Assembly (NCBI GenBank): GCA_010093605.1
Contig: MU004195.1
Span: 868,001 to 932,000 of the forward strand
Direction: 5' to 3'
Length of the DNA: 64,000 nt
From: Lophium mytilinum
Lineage: Eukaryota
The position numbers were made by a program, and so were the translations under genes. Shown piece by piece: positions 47,185 to 57,856 of the stretch (its first letter is position 1; every line of letters starts with the position of its first letter). The notes under the pieces were generated by a model. The model saw only the letters and a list, made by a program, of their open reading frames with translations, was not told the origin of the DNA and searched no databases.

Positions 47185-49284
47185 TTATCGCAACTCAATC
47201 GTCTCAACCTCCCACTCCCCAACCATTTCCCCGTCCTGCAAAACTCCCTCTACTCCCACCACGGCCTCCCCGTTCATAAACCCCTTCACGAACACTGGCC
47301 CAACAACCGTATACCCCTCCCCTCCCCTCCTCAGAATCATCGGGGTCGGACACCCAATAAGCAACCAAATTTCATCCCCCTCCCTCGTTGGAATCTGCTG
47401 CGTGACCACAATCCTCTTCCCCACTGTACTTGTCACACTCAGATCCCTGATCGTCATAAACATATGCGTCACAAATGACCTGAAATTCGCATGGACGAGC
47501 TCGAATTCATGTTGAAACATATCCGGTAGATCCACAACCCCGAGAAAAGATGTATCAGCTGAGGACAGGAGAATGATATTTGCCAGCCATTCGTCAAGTC
47601 TTGAATTGGGTTCAGTACTGAATGACTCGAAGCTGCCGAGGTTGAGGGGCTGGGAGAGGGCGGCGTGGATGGCGGCGGCGCGGAGAAGGAGGAAGGGGTA
47701 GAAGAAGGACTCTTCGGAGGTGAAAGTGGTGTGGGCGTGGCGCATGGAGATTGAGGGGCCGGTTAGGGCGTTTCCTAGGGCCGTTATGTGGGTTTGGAGG
47801 GCTACGCCGAGGTCGTAGCCGGTTGGTAGGAGGAGGACTGGCTCGTTTGAGGGAGGGGTGGTTGCGATTAGCGTGGTTAGGAGGGATAGGAGGTCTGTGG
47901 CGGGTTGATTGAAGCCGGAGATGGCGAGATGGGGGTTCAAGATATCTATGCGGAATCCCTGGGCCCTCAAAGTCGGGATTAAAGGTGTAGAAGAGGAGTT
48001 CGGGCTGAGTAGACGTCCTGCAGGCACCTCTGGCGGAGTCAAGACGTTTTCAATGGAGACTCTAATCGGGTCTGGTAGACACTGTAGGGAAAGAGTGGCC
48101 TTGTATGATGTCCAAAAGTATCCAGGCTCAACGCTTTCGTTCCAATTTGGGACCCAAGAAGGGCGACCGGGTAGCTCTTCGTTCCCCTCTTTAGGGACGT
48201 TCGCGTGTGGAAGAAAAGCCAGGAAATGATATTTTCGAGTTATGAACCTGCAGACGTCCGTATACACTTCGGCGACAGACTTTGCATAGTCGATGTGAAT
48301 ATCCCCAGGCTTCACGTCAGCGACGATGCTCAGTATTCCATACACACGGTCTCTTGGATCCGTCAAACTCAACCTTTTGGAGTTCCTCAATCCGCCGAGA
48401 AGATAGAAAGGCATATGAAGAATAAGCGAACCTTCCGACAGCATCTCCCCTAAATCAAAGGGCTCTCCTTCTCCCTTTCCCGGGGGCAGAAGCGTGGTGC
48501 GATCAATAGGCCTTTTCTTAGACATCATCTCTCTCCACCAAAGGAGGTGTCGAGACGGAGTTAGCGATAACTTCATATCCCAGGAGAGGTCTGACCATTG
48601 CTGGTAATTGCGGTCAATCAACCCATTTACTTCCTTCCGACGGCGAAGAATAAGCCATTGAAGGACCCCAATGGTTTGACCAGAAAGCATCGTCTTCCGG
48701 CAGTGGAACATGATATCTTTGGCAAACAGAAGCTCCTGTTGTATCCATAGGCGATCCCAGTATAGATCCTGAAAGAGCACGGCAATAGGTTTCCACAACG
48801 CCGTATCGTTTCCAAGATCCTCTGGAGAGCTACACTTGTCTAACTTTGCGAGAATTGCGAAACATGGACTCGAAGAGTCAATCTCCTGGTTCAACCAGAC
48901 CCTGACTGTTCTAGCGTTTGAATAAATCTCTTTCATCATGGAAACTTGATGATTCCGCTCACTGACGTCTTTCTGACTGATGCAAATTGCGTCAATCCAG
49001 ATTATGATAACCTCATCGTGCTTACGAATGAAGGTTAGAGCTTCACGAAGGAATGAGGTGATTTGAAGCTCTTCATTTGGTCCTAGATAGATCGGCTTTG
49101 TGACTGTGGGGTTCCCCCATTGATATGACAAGGCATCATATGGTGATCTTGAATCGAAAACGGTTGTGAGAAGTTCTCCAGAGATCTTGTCTGCTTCACG
49201 ACCTGGATGTAGTTTCAACACCCGGATCTCTCTAGTGGCTGCGTTGAGTGCCTGATATGCGTAGATATTGGGAGGCTGCTCCAT
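47185..49284 (-). CDS. HET-domain protein (HET-6-like), intronless
   Basis: MEQPPNIYAYQAL..EIRVLKLHPG, YDALSYQWG, IWIDAICISQ.D..ERNHQVSMMKEIY, YWDRLWIQQE, TDPRDRVYGIL, PSWVPNW and GDEIWLLIGCPTPMILR. Confidence 0.92.
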   Translation of the reverse strand: MEQPPNIYAYQALNAATREIRVLKLHPGREADKISGELLTTVFDSRSPYDALSYQWGNPTVTKPIYLGPNEELQITSFLREALTFIRKHDEVIIIWIDAICISQKDVSERNHQVSMMKEIYSNARTVRVWLNQEIDSSSPCFAILAKLDKCSSPEDLGNDTALWKPIAVLFQDLYWDRLWIQQELLFAKDIMFHCRKTMLSGQTIGVLQWLILRRRKEVNGLIDRNYQQWSDLSWDMKLSLTPSRHLLWWREMMSKKRPIDRTTLLPPGKGEGEPFDLGEMLSEGSLILHMPFYLLGGLRNSKRLSLTDPRDRVYGILSIVADVKPGDIHIDYAKSVAEVYTDVCRFITRKYHFLAFLPHANVPKEGNEELPGRPSWVPNWNESVEPGYFWTSYKATLSLQCLPDPIRVSIENVLTPPEVPAGRLLSPNSSSTPLIPTLRAQGFRIDILNPHLAISGFNQPATDLLSLLTTLIATTPPSNEPVLLLPTGYDLGVALQTHITALGNALTGPSISMRHAHTTFTSEESFFYPFLLLRAAAIHAALSQPLNLGSFESFSTEPNSRLDEWLANIILLSSADTSFLGVVDLPDMFQHEFELVHANFRSFVTHMFMTIRDLSVTSTVGKRIVVTQQIPTREGDEIWLLIGCPTPMILRRGGEGYTVVGPVFVKGFMNGEAVVGVEGVLQDGEMVGEWEVETIELR

Positions 49285-50892
49285 GATACAAGTAGTAGCT
49301 CCTGGAATAGCCTGCCGTGGCGCCACTCTCGAACTCGAACAAGCTCCGTCAACACTGTTTGAGGTAGCCTGCAAAGCTTTCAGTGCTGTCATTATTGACC
49401 ATTTCCGATCTTTTAAGACGCACTAGAGAAGCTAAGGCGGTACTAGGTAAGTGTGTAGAAAACCTCTAGGGAGTGTTTTGCTCGAGTATTTCACTGCTGC
49501 TCTTATCACTCGAAGTCTTCTATTAGTTTCATCCTTATCGTTAGAACAACATCGATCCAGACGTGACGGATTAAGGAACAGAGGAATGAAAGACGATGGA
49601 GCGTACTAGATTCTCTCTAAATAAGTGCTAAAATGACTCTGTGGAGGCTGTGCTTTTGTTGCAGCCTAATCGCAGCATCCTGGAAGTCGAGATAGCAAGG
49701 CAAGCGGTTCTGTAGACATGAGCCCTTGAAGGAGATCAAGGTACCCGCTGGTCTCTTTTCCCAGGGCAGAAGTAATCCCATTAAGATTTTTTTCTGCTCT
49801 TGAAGCTGAGCGTGCAAATGCACAGCAGTCACCAGACAAGGCGGGGTACAAAATAAGTGGCATCCCATCCCTTTCAAGGCTAGGTACATACCTACCTACC
49901 TAGGTAGTTACATATCTAAGTGGGGCTGTGCCGCCCGAGCGACTAAGCATCAACCTGTCTACACCCATAGAACTACCAGTAGTCGGTAGCGTACATGCTC
50001 AAGAGGGGCGGTGCTGCTTTGCATGAGAACCCGAGAGTCTAAGCGTTAGGTCGTCCGCACATAGCAGACTATTAGTAGTCGCCGGCGGCTTCCCTTTTCC
50101 GGTATTTCTTATCGAACGAGAGCAAAGTTTGTTCATAGAGTTAGAAGCGAGTTAATTATCGCTATTGCGACTTATACGTCTATCTATACAAATTGCTTAT
50201 CGCGAATTCCCTCGCCAATGAAGTTCTTTCTCCATTCACTAGTGCTTGCAGATCATCAAAACCGGGTCCGCGAGAACCGCTGTCGGGGTCATTGTCCTCG
50301 ACTATCTGAACGAAGCCTAAACCGACCGTGCTATTCAGTTCGTGGACTCTAGGTAGCACTTGTCGGCGCGATGGCTGTCATCCATACTGGTACACAACCT
50401 CAACCTTGCAACATCTTCTGGAACAGATCCCTCTATATTCACGCGGAGCCTAAGAGGCGTCGTATCACATTCTGCCAATCCCACCCGGCGTTCTGGAGGA
50501 TTATTATGCCGCCTCTGGTCGGTCAGCCGTAGATGACCATATCTTGGTCTGACATGGAAAATCGGATTGTGACATCTCGAGATGGCTTGTTGGTGCGTGC
50601 GCCGACTCTGCTTTCCAGCCTGTCCTACTAGTACTTCGCTGTTCTTGGTTTCAAAACATCAGACTCGGTAGTAAAATTGTCTTTGACCTTATTGACATGT
50701 CGGCCCGATGTGCTTCTACACGAATTGTGTAAGATGTGCAGGGCACCGCATCTTGGCAGAAAGGGAAGTGGGCGGTCTTAAACTCAACCTTTATTAGGGC
50801 TGTAGAACTAAATGAAACCCTCTATATGCTCAAACCTTTACCTTCCCTCTATTTGAACCATGCGAGTCTATGAAACACCTAGAACGGGTCGT

Positions 50893-52008
50893 CTACTTGG
50901 CAATCTCAACCCCATTAGTGGCGCCTAAGAATACAGATATTAGCTTTAGTCAGGGGAAGCAAGAGAGCATTCAAACTTACCAAGAGCCTTCTTAATGTCA
51001 CCGTAGATGGCGAATTGACCCGCAGTAAGCCCACCAACCATGAAAAGACGCGTAGGAAGACCGGCGAAGGAACCACGGAGACCAAGCTCGCCCGCGATCT
51101 TGATAAGACGGGATACCGTGCTCTCACCAGGCAGGCCCTTGGTTTTGTTGATCTTGGAGAGCATAGTATCAGCGGGTTGAGAGACAATGGCAGCGGCGAA
51201 ACCAGCGAAAAGACCAGATCCTAGGTTGACAGCGGTCTGGGCACCGCCTGATAGCGTGGATTTGTCAAATTGAGAGAGAACGGCCTCGGAAATCTTTTCG
51301 AAGGCGACAAATTTGGTCACCGTGTAAGGAACCCTGTATGTATATGTCAATTTTGGCTCCTGCGTTGCTCGTAAATCTAGCAATCGAGATCGACGTACTG
51401 CTTGAACAGGATAGGGCCAAATCCAGAGTAGAAAGCACCAATGCCCTCGCTCTTAAGAATCTTGCTGAAACCACCAATCAAACCATTCGCGAAACCAGGG
51501 GTGGAGACAAGACGGATGCGGGTAGCCTCGAGAGGGCAGAGAGCAATGGAGGCGAAGAACTCGGCGGACGCAGCAGACACTGAGTAGACGGCAGTACGGT
51601 TCTGGCGAGCTGTTTCAAGACCCAGAATGTCGATGGATTGCTTCTTGAAGAACTCATAGCCGCCAAATTTGAACCCTCCCTGGATGAAATAGCCAGTAAA
51701 GGTAGGGCCGAAACCAGTCAAGAGAGCACCAGCGCCCTCGGTTTGGATGACCTGACGAAAACCGCCAATCATACCCTTGTTGAAGGTCGCAGGGTCGAGC
51801 TGAATCTTCGTCTTGACGCTGTGGGAGTGTCAGCGAGTGGTCGTGAAGCTGAAGCTCATTGGACACCATACACATCAACTGGAGTGAAGGAACCATGAGT
51901 AACGGAACAGCCTAGGGCCCCAGCGAGAGCGAAACGAGAGTAGAGATCGAAGCCCTCAGGGCCCTTCTTGGTGGCGGCCTGGGCCAGAGCAGCAGGAGAG
52001 GCAGTCAT
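50893..52008 (-). CDS. MIR1: Mitochondrial phosphate carrier, 4 exons
   Basis: ATG at 52008. Motifs [56 protein letters not shown] and SQPADT. Introns at about 51819-51871, 51334-51398 and 50926-50980. Confidence 0.92.
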
Positions 52009-52671
52009 TGCGACGGTGATGGATGCGCGCGACAACTTTTTAGGCGCATAACACGTACCTTTGTAGGGAATTGCTGGCGGAGCCTTACTCTTTTGCTTCT
52101 AACTCTACTCGGGGATTGAGTCGGGCTGGATCGGAATTAACAGCCCGACACCTAGGTAACTCCACCATGTCAATACTCTGTGCGGCACAGTGGGACCAAA
52201 AACGAAGTCTGTGCTGCTGTTGGTCAAGCAACCCTCGTCGACTTCAAACCCTCAAGAAAGGATTGAATATGTCGCAGAGAAGTGGTATGCATCAAAAGCG
52301 AGCTTCTCAATTACGTATAGTTCCATTTTTGAAAAGATGTTAGAGATTGTTCACTATGGTGTGAGGGTGAAAGTTCTTGACTACTATCATAGACATCTGT
52401 CTACATACCCCGTTAGCCGCGCAGAAATATGGATATGAGTGTCGGTGCTGATATTTCCACTAAGCTGTTTTAATATTAGAAGAATTTTTGTGTGTCCTCA
52501 ATCAAGACAAGGTCCTAAGCCTCAAAGCTATACTTCGTACACCCGTGATATCCGCCCCCAAATCCGCCAAGAACGCAGCCGGAGCTCGGCCATACAATCT
52601 TCCCACTCCATCCATCAAACCTCAACCTCAGCAGCACCACCTACTACTTGCCAACCCCCGAACCCCTCAAA

Positions 52672-53515
52672 ATGCGCCTCCAACTCCCCCTCCCGCTCCT
52701 CGCGGCCCTCACAGCCCTCACCACCTTCACACACGCCGCCCGCCTAACCCTAACAATTGCCCCCAACGCCCTCCTCTCCTCCGCTTCCGTGCTCCCGCCC
52801 TCCACCCACGCCACCCTCCAATCCTCCGGCCCGCCCCTGCGCGCCCTCCTCACCAAAACCAACACCTTCGTCTTCGACAACGTAACCGCCGGCAGCTACC
52901 TCGGCGTGATCCACTGCCGGGACATCGCGTTCGAGGCGCTGCGGATCGACGTCAGCAGCGGGGAAGGGTTGCAAAAAGTCGAGGCGTGGCAGACCTTCTG
53001 GGGGAACGAGTGGGAGAATAAGGGGGAGAAGCGGGGCGAAGGTAGCGGAGGAGTAGTGGTCGAGGTGCGGCCGGTGGGGGTGAAGGAGTTTTATCAGAGT
53101 CGGGGGGGATGTGAGTTTGCCCGATGCTATCCGCTCTATGCGCGGAGGAGAAGAAAGACGAACTAATGTGTGGGTAGTTGATCCGCTGAGTTTCTTGAAG
53201 AGTCCGATGATTCTGATGGCGCTGTTTTCGATGGTTATTATTTTCGGGATGCCGTATTTGATGGAGAATAGTAAGATTTCCTGCTTTGCTCTGACGGATA
53301 CATGTGCTAATCACTTTCCCTGCGCAGTGGACGCGGAAACTAAAGCTGAGTTCGAGGAGATGCGCGGTAAGGGCGTGCTCTCCGGCGGCCCTACGCCAGC
53401 GAGCCAGATCCAGAACTTCGATCTCGCGTCGTGGATGGCGGGGAAGACGGATAGTGGACCGCCGCCCGCAGCAGCGATCGAGCCTGCGCAGGGGAAGGGG
53501 AAGAAGAGGGGTTGA
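52672..53515 (+). CDS. EMC7: ER membrane protein complex subunit 7-like (DUF2012), 3 exons
   Basis: Signal peptide, FVFDNVTAGSYL, AWQTFWGNEW, FLKSPMILMAL..GMPYLMEN.D.E.KAEFEE and FDLASWMAG. Introns 53111-53177 and 53271-53327. Confidence 0.82.
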
Positions 53516-53868
53516 AGCATACTTTGACGAGTGCGGGGCGGATATTGGTGGCATTGTCCGCTAGGTTATTGACATGCCAGCGTCCATGTTAGATAAGACG
53601 CTTACGCCAAAGTTGTAGTTTTAGACTTGGGAATAATTGAAGATACCCTTGATGAGACCACCACAGCCCTGACGTCAAAACGATTGTGCTGTATCAAGAA
53701 ATTCGATTATGCTACTATGTTCAAAGGAATCATGAAAGCTCCAACAAAACGCATGTAAAAGGCCATATATACACAACCCATTAAATAGCAATGCACGCTT
53801 TCGACTTGCCTACTTTTCTTGGAGAGTGAAAAGGGAGTACCGCTCCCACTACCAATCTGTGGATGCAT

Positions 53869-55918
53869 CTACTTCCGTCTCCTCCCCTGGCTCGCCTTCT
53901 CACTCCCCGTCGCTTTCGCTGCATCCTTCGCCTCGACCTTCTTCTCTCCCTCAATACTCGCGCCAGCCGCGCTAGTAAGCGGCTTCGCAGCCAGCTTAGC
54001 GGTTTCCTCCTCCTCATCACCACCTTGGCCAAACTCATTGACCCTAGTGTGATCAACCTTGTACTTATACGACTGGTACAAGTAAACGAAGAAGATGACG
54101 TCGTCTCTAAGCGTTGCGAGACGATGCAACATCGGCATCTTGATAGTGAACGCAAACAAGTCGTCGATAAAGGTGTTCAAGGTCTTGTACATCATCGCCT
54201 TTCCAGCCATATGAGCGACGGACTTGAGGCGGTAATTGATGTACAGACTCGGCACCATCATCAGGAAGCCGTAGGCGTAGACGCTGCCGACGAGAGTAGC
54301 GATGATGAACGAGTACCAGCTCTTGTGGGTCTCGTACATGAGGGAGTAGATGGCGTAGGCGATGAGAAGCGGGACTGCGACACGGTAAAGGTACTTGAAT
54401 GCGATCTGGTCGTACTCCTCGGTCTTCTTCTCCGTTTCAGACAGGACGTGCTTGTCTTCGAACGTCACAGTGTAGGGCAGCCAGCTCCCCGCGGGAGTCG
54501 GGCGAACGCGGACGTTGACGGCTTTAGTGATTTTCCACGCTTCGATAGCGATACCCATGCCTTGGCCGAAGAGGATCATCCACGATGTGTTGTCGTTGTT
54601 GTCCATGAGATAGAGGAAGATGATGCTCTGCATGAAGACGTTTGCGAGGATTGTGCGCACGGAGGTTCCCACGTTGTCCTTCTTCTTGCGCCAATGGGAC
54701 ACGTCGCTCTTGAAGGCGAGCATCTCGAAGATCATGTGGAGGATACTGACGAAGAAGGTGAGGCCGAGGAGGTACGAGTTACTGTCCAGGAGGATTTCCT
54801 TGAACATTTCCATTTCAGATCCATCTCCACCAGTCGGGGCAGCCTGGCCTGATGCCGCAGCGGCCGCCTGTTGCTTCAAGCCTTCATCCATGGCAGCTAT
54901 GATGGAGAACTTCCAGTTTGCAAGATGGTTCAGGTTCACATTCAACGGGAGCGTAGTAACGGTCGAATTGAGCTCCGTCATGTGCTTCTTAAGCTGCCAG
55001 AAGGTATTCGTGAAAACAATGGGATAGTACCAGCCATTCTGACCAGTCGCGTCTCTAGCCCCCGTCTGTTCAAGTGTGATATACTGCCGCACACCCGGAT
55101 GCAGAACCGGGTAGTTCTGCACTCCGCCATCTGGAATCAAAGATATGGTGAAATTGGAATGGTAGTACGATGCGATGGTCTTCGGAGCCGCATCCTCGAT
55201 ATCCTGCTCGGCAGTCTCATCTGCGCTAGCAAGCAAGTTGCGTGTCTTCTTGACTTTCTTCTTCGGGAGATATTGGGTCAAAGGCCGGTAGAAATGGTAT
55301 GCCTTCGCAGTGTCATAGTTTGGTGCGGTAGGATCCAGCACACTACCCGCCTGGCCAACATAGAAGTGCGCAAACAGCGTTCCGTTGTTCTGAACCTCCT
55401 TCGGGACCGGGAACTCGGTGTTGACCTCCCGCTTCTCATTGTAATCGCCGAACACGAATCCCTTCTCGTCAATGAGGAGCGATTCCGCGGGCATGTTCTT
55501 CAGCGATGGCATAATCAACGATGGCGAGATGTACATCAAGATATCCAGCTCCACGGTGGGCGCCGACCAGATGGGCGCAACAGCTTGCGGTATAGGGTTC
55601 CATGGCACAGCGGGGTCGACGTGGTCGGGTCGCATCGAGTATGCGGGGATGGGTACGTTGGCATTTGGAGCTGACGCCACGCTGCCCTTCGAGGCATCGT
55701 CACTTGGACTCGTGGTAGCCGGCGACGCGCCTCCGAAACCTCCGAACTGCTTCAGAGCAAACTGGACTAAGAGGAAGATGCCGATGCTCTGGAGGACATT
55801 GCGCAGCATCTAAAGCGACGTCAGTACCTAGCTGTGAGAGATTGCTGTCAAGATGGCATTGGTCATCAATGGTACTTACTCCGCTGCCCTGTTGGGCTTC
55901 CTGCTCCGGTTCGGGCAT
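53869..55918 (-). CDS. CLPTM1-family membrane protein, 2 exons
   Basis: ATG at 55918, intron 55810-55879. Motifs NNGTLFAH, YYPIVFTNTFW, FEMLAFKSDVSHW, LYINYRLKSVAH and NTFIDDLFAFTIKMP.LHRLA.LRDD. Confidence 0.93.
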
Positions 55919-56140
55919 CTTGACAGTATTACAGGATGTGCCGTAGGAGGATATCAAACAATGGTAGTGGTGGTGACAACGGACGGAGGTAAGCGGGACC
56001 CTGCTCGAAATATGGGATTGCTAAAGTGAATGAGGCAAGGCGGCAAGGCGGCATCTGACGCAACACCATGGATGGAGAGTGGGGCACGAAACAACAAGTC
56101 AACAACACATTTCTGTATCTTCGGAGTACGCCGGCGGTCA

Positions 56141-56158
56141 CTATATAACAGTGACTCA
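56141..56158. promoter_or_regulatory. TATA-like element and TGACTCA (Gcn4/CpcA-type site) in the divergent CLPTM1/LOG promoter
   Basis: ctatataa at 56141-56148 and TGACTCA at 56152-56158. Motif match only. Confidence 0.3.
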
Positions 56159-56343
56159 GTTGCTGAAGGCTCCGTGTAGGTATCTTGCCTATAAGTACTG
56201 TCGCTTTTCTTCCCCAATCAGAAGTGCAGGTGAACAATAAGGCTGGAGCTGCTCACATTCTCTACGCATATACTTCTACCTAGGTACTGCCCACACCCAG
56301 AAACATTTCCAAAATCAAACGATCTCCCCCTACCACAACCATC

Positions 56344-57183
56344 ATGGCTTCCAATACCATGGCTCTCACCCCAGCTGAAGCTATCCCCAAGCTCAAAGGC
56401 CCTGTAGTCTGCGTCTTGTAAGTATTCAGTTATGTCTCCCTCACATTCAATACCCCATCCCCTCCCCAACCCTCTCACAATTCCTCAACATCACGCACAA
56501 ACCCTCCCAACACTGTCCCCCCATTCCCAATCCCCATATACCTGACCTCCCCCAGCTGCGGCGCCAACCCCGGCTCCTCCCCCACCCACCTCGCCGCCGC
56601 CCGCGCCCTCGCCCACATCATGGCCGCGTCCAACCTCTCCCTCGTCTACGGCGGCGGCACCGTCGGCCTGATGGGCGAAGTCGCACGCACCCTCGTCTCC
56701 CTCTCCGGGCCCGCCTCCGTCCTCGGCATCATTCCCGCCGCCCTCGTCAAGTACGAGCAACAAACCCAAGACCCCTCCCCCACCTCCCCAACCCCCCTAA
56801 TCGACAGCACCATCTTCGGCCAGACCGTCGTCGTCAAAGACATGCACACCCGCAAACGTCTCATGGCCACCGCCGTCGTCGACGGCGGCCCAGGCGGGGG
56901 CTTCGTCGCGCTGAGCGGCGGCTACGGGACCCTCGAGGAGCTGATGGAGGTGACAACGTGGAACCAGCTGGGGATTCACGCGATGCCGGTGGTGATCTAC
57001 AATGTGGAGGGGTTTTGGGACGGGTTGGTGGGGTGGGTGCAGAAGGCGGTTGGGGAGGGGTTTATCAAGCGGGACTGCGCGGGGATAGTGGTGGAAGCGC
57101 TGAGTGCTGAGGAGGTGGTTGTGTGTTTGAAGGAATATGTGAATGTGGAGGGGAGGTTTGGGTTGAATTGGGAGGAGAATTAG
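56344..57183 (+). CDS. LOG1: LOG-family nucleotide phosphoribohydrolase (cytokinin-activating/lysine decarboxylase-like), 2 exons
   Basis: Intron 56418-56555 gives VCVFCGA. Motifs LVYGGGTVGLMG, MHTRKRLM and SGGYGTLEELMEVTTWNQLGIH. Confidence 0.9.
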
Positions 57184-57856
57184 GGGGCTCTCTTAGGAGG
57201 GGATGGGGTTTGCATAGCCGGTTTTGCATGGCTGGTTGCATTTATGGTGTATTGGCGCCAATATCATGAGGGGAATTAGATAGATCTCCAGCTCTTAGAT
57301 GGATCATGAGTCACGATGAATGAAACCACTTCACTCAAGCTTCAATTATTTACTGAAAAACATATATTTTGTGAAAATCCCCGGGCTCATACCGGAGGAG
57401 TACTACAGAAGCATATTGGTACAGAAAAGAAAAGTGTTTGCCAATCAGGTCCATCCGAAGCACCTCGAAGGTATTAGGTGGCTAGGACCGCAGCACGCAA
57501 ATAATCGTGAGAACCAAACGCCACGCTATGCACCGCTTAGCGGGAATCCGAGGGTATTACCGCCGATCCGCGCAAACTATGCAAGACCTTGCCTCCGATG
57601 CCGTATTACAGGAGGAAAAGATCCGCCAACACCTGTGCCGCCGTAGCGGCGTGGATAGCACGTTAGAACTTTGAAAGACCAGTTTTTGGGCGCCAAGGAA
57701 AGCTCCATAGAAAGCAGCAAGTTATTCTTCCACCTGGTGAGATGGCGTGTGGGCCATAATTTCAAGGAAGTTGGTCTACTCCGGGATGAAGTCGAAGACA
57801 TTGTCTTATGTCTTGGGAATATAGGCCTACAAGTCTCATTATAGACACTGTACCGC

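Noticed and set aside
34500..50850. Starship or other giant mobile element explaining the HET block
   Set aside because: No DUF3435 tyrosine recombinase or other transposase was seen and no bounding repeats were identified.
52744..52754. CTAACCCTAAC, resembling a telomere repeat or telomerase template
   Set aside because: Lies within EMC7 coding sequence (Leu-Thr-Leu-Thr) with fewer than two repeat units. No such template was seen in the large intergenic gaps.
53863..55674. 329-aa and 267-aa plus-strand ORFs
   Set aside because: Antisense shadows of CLPTM1.
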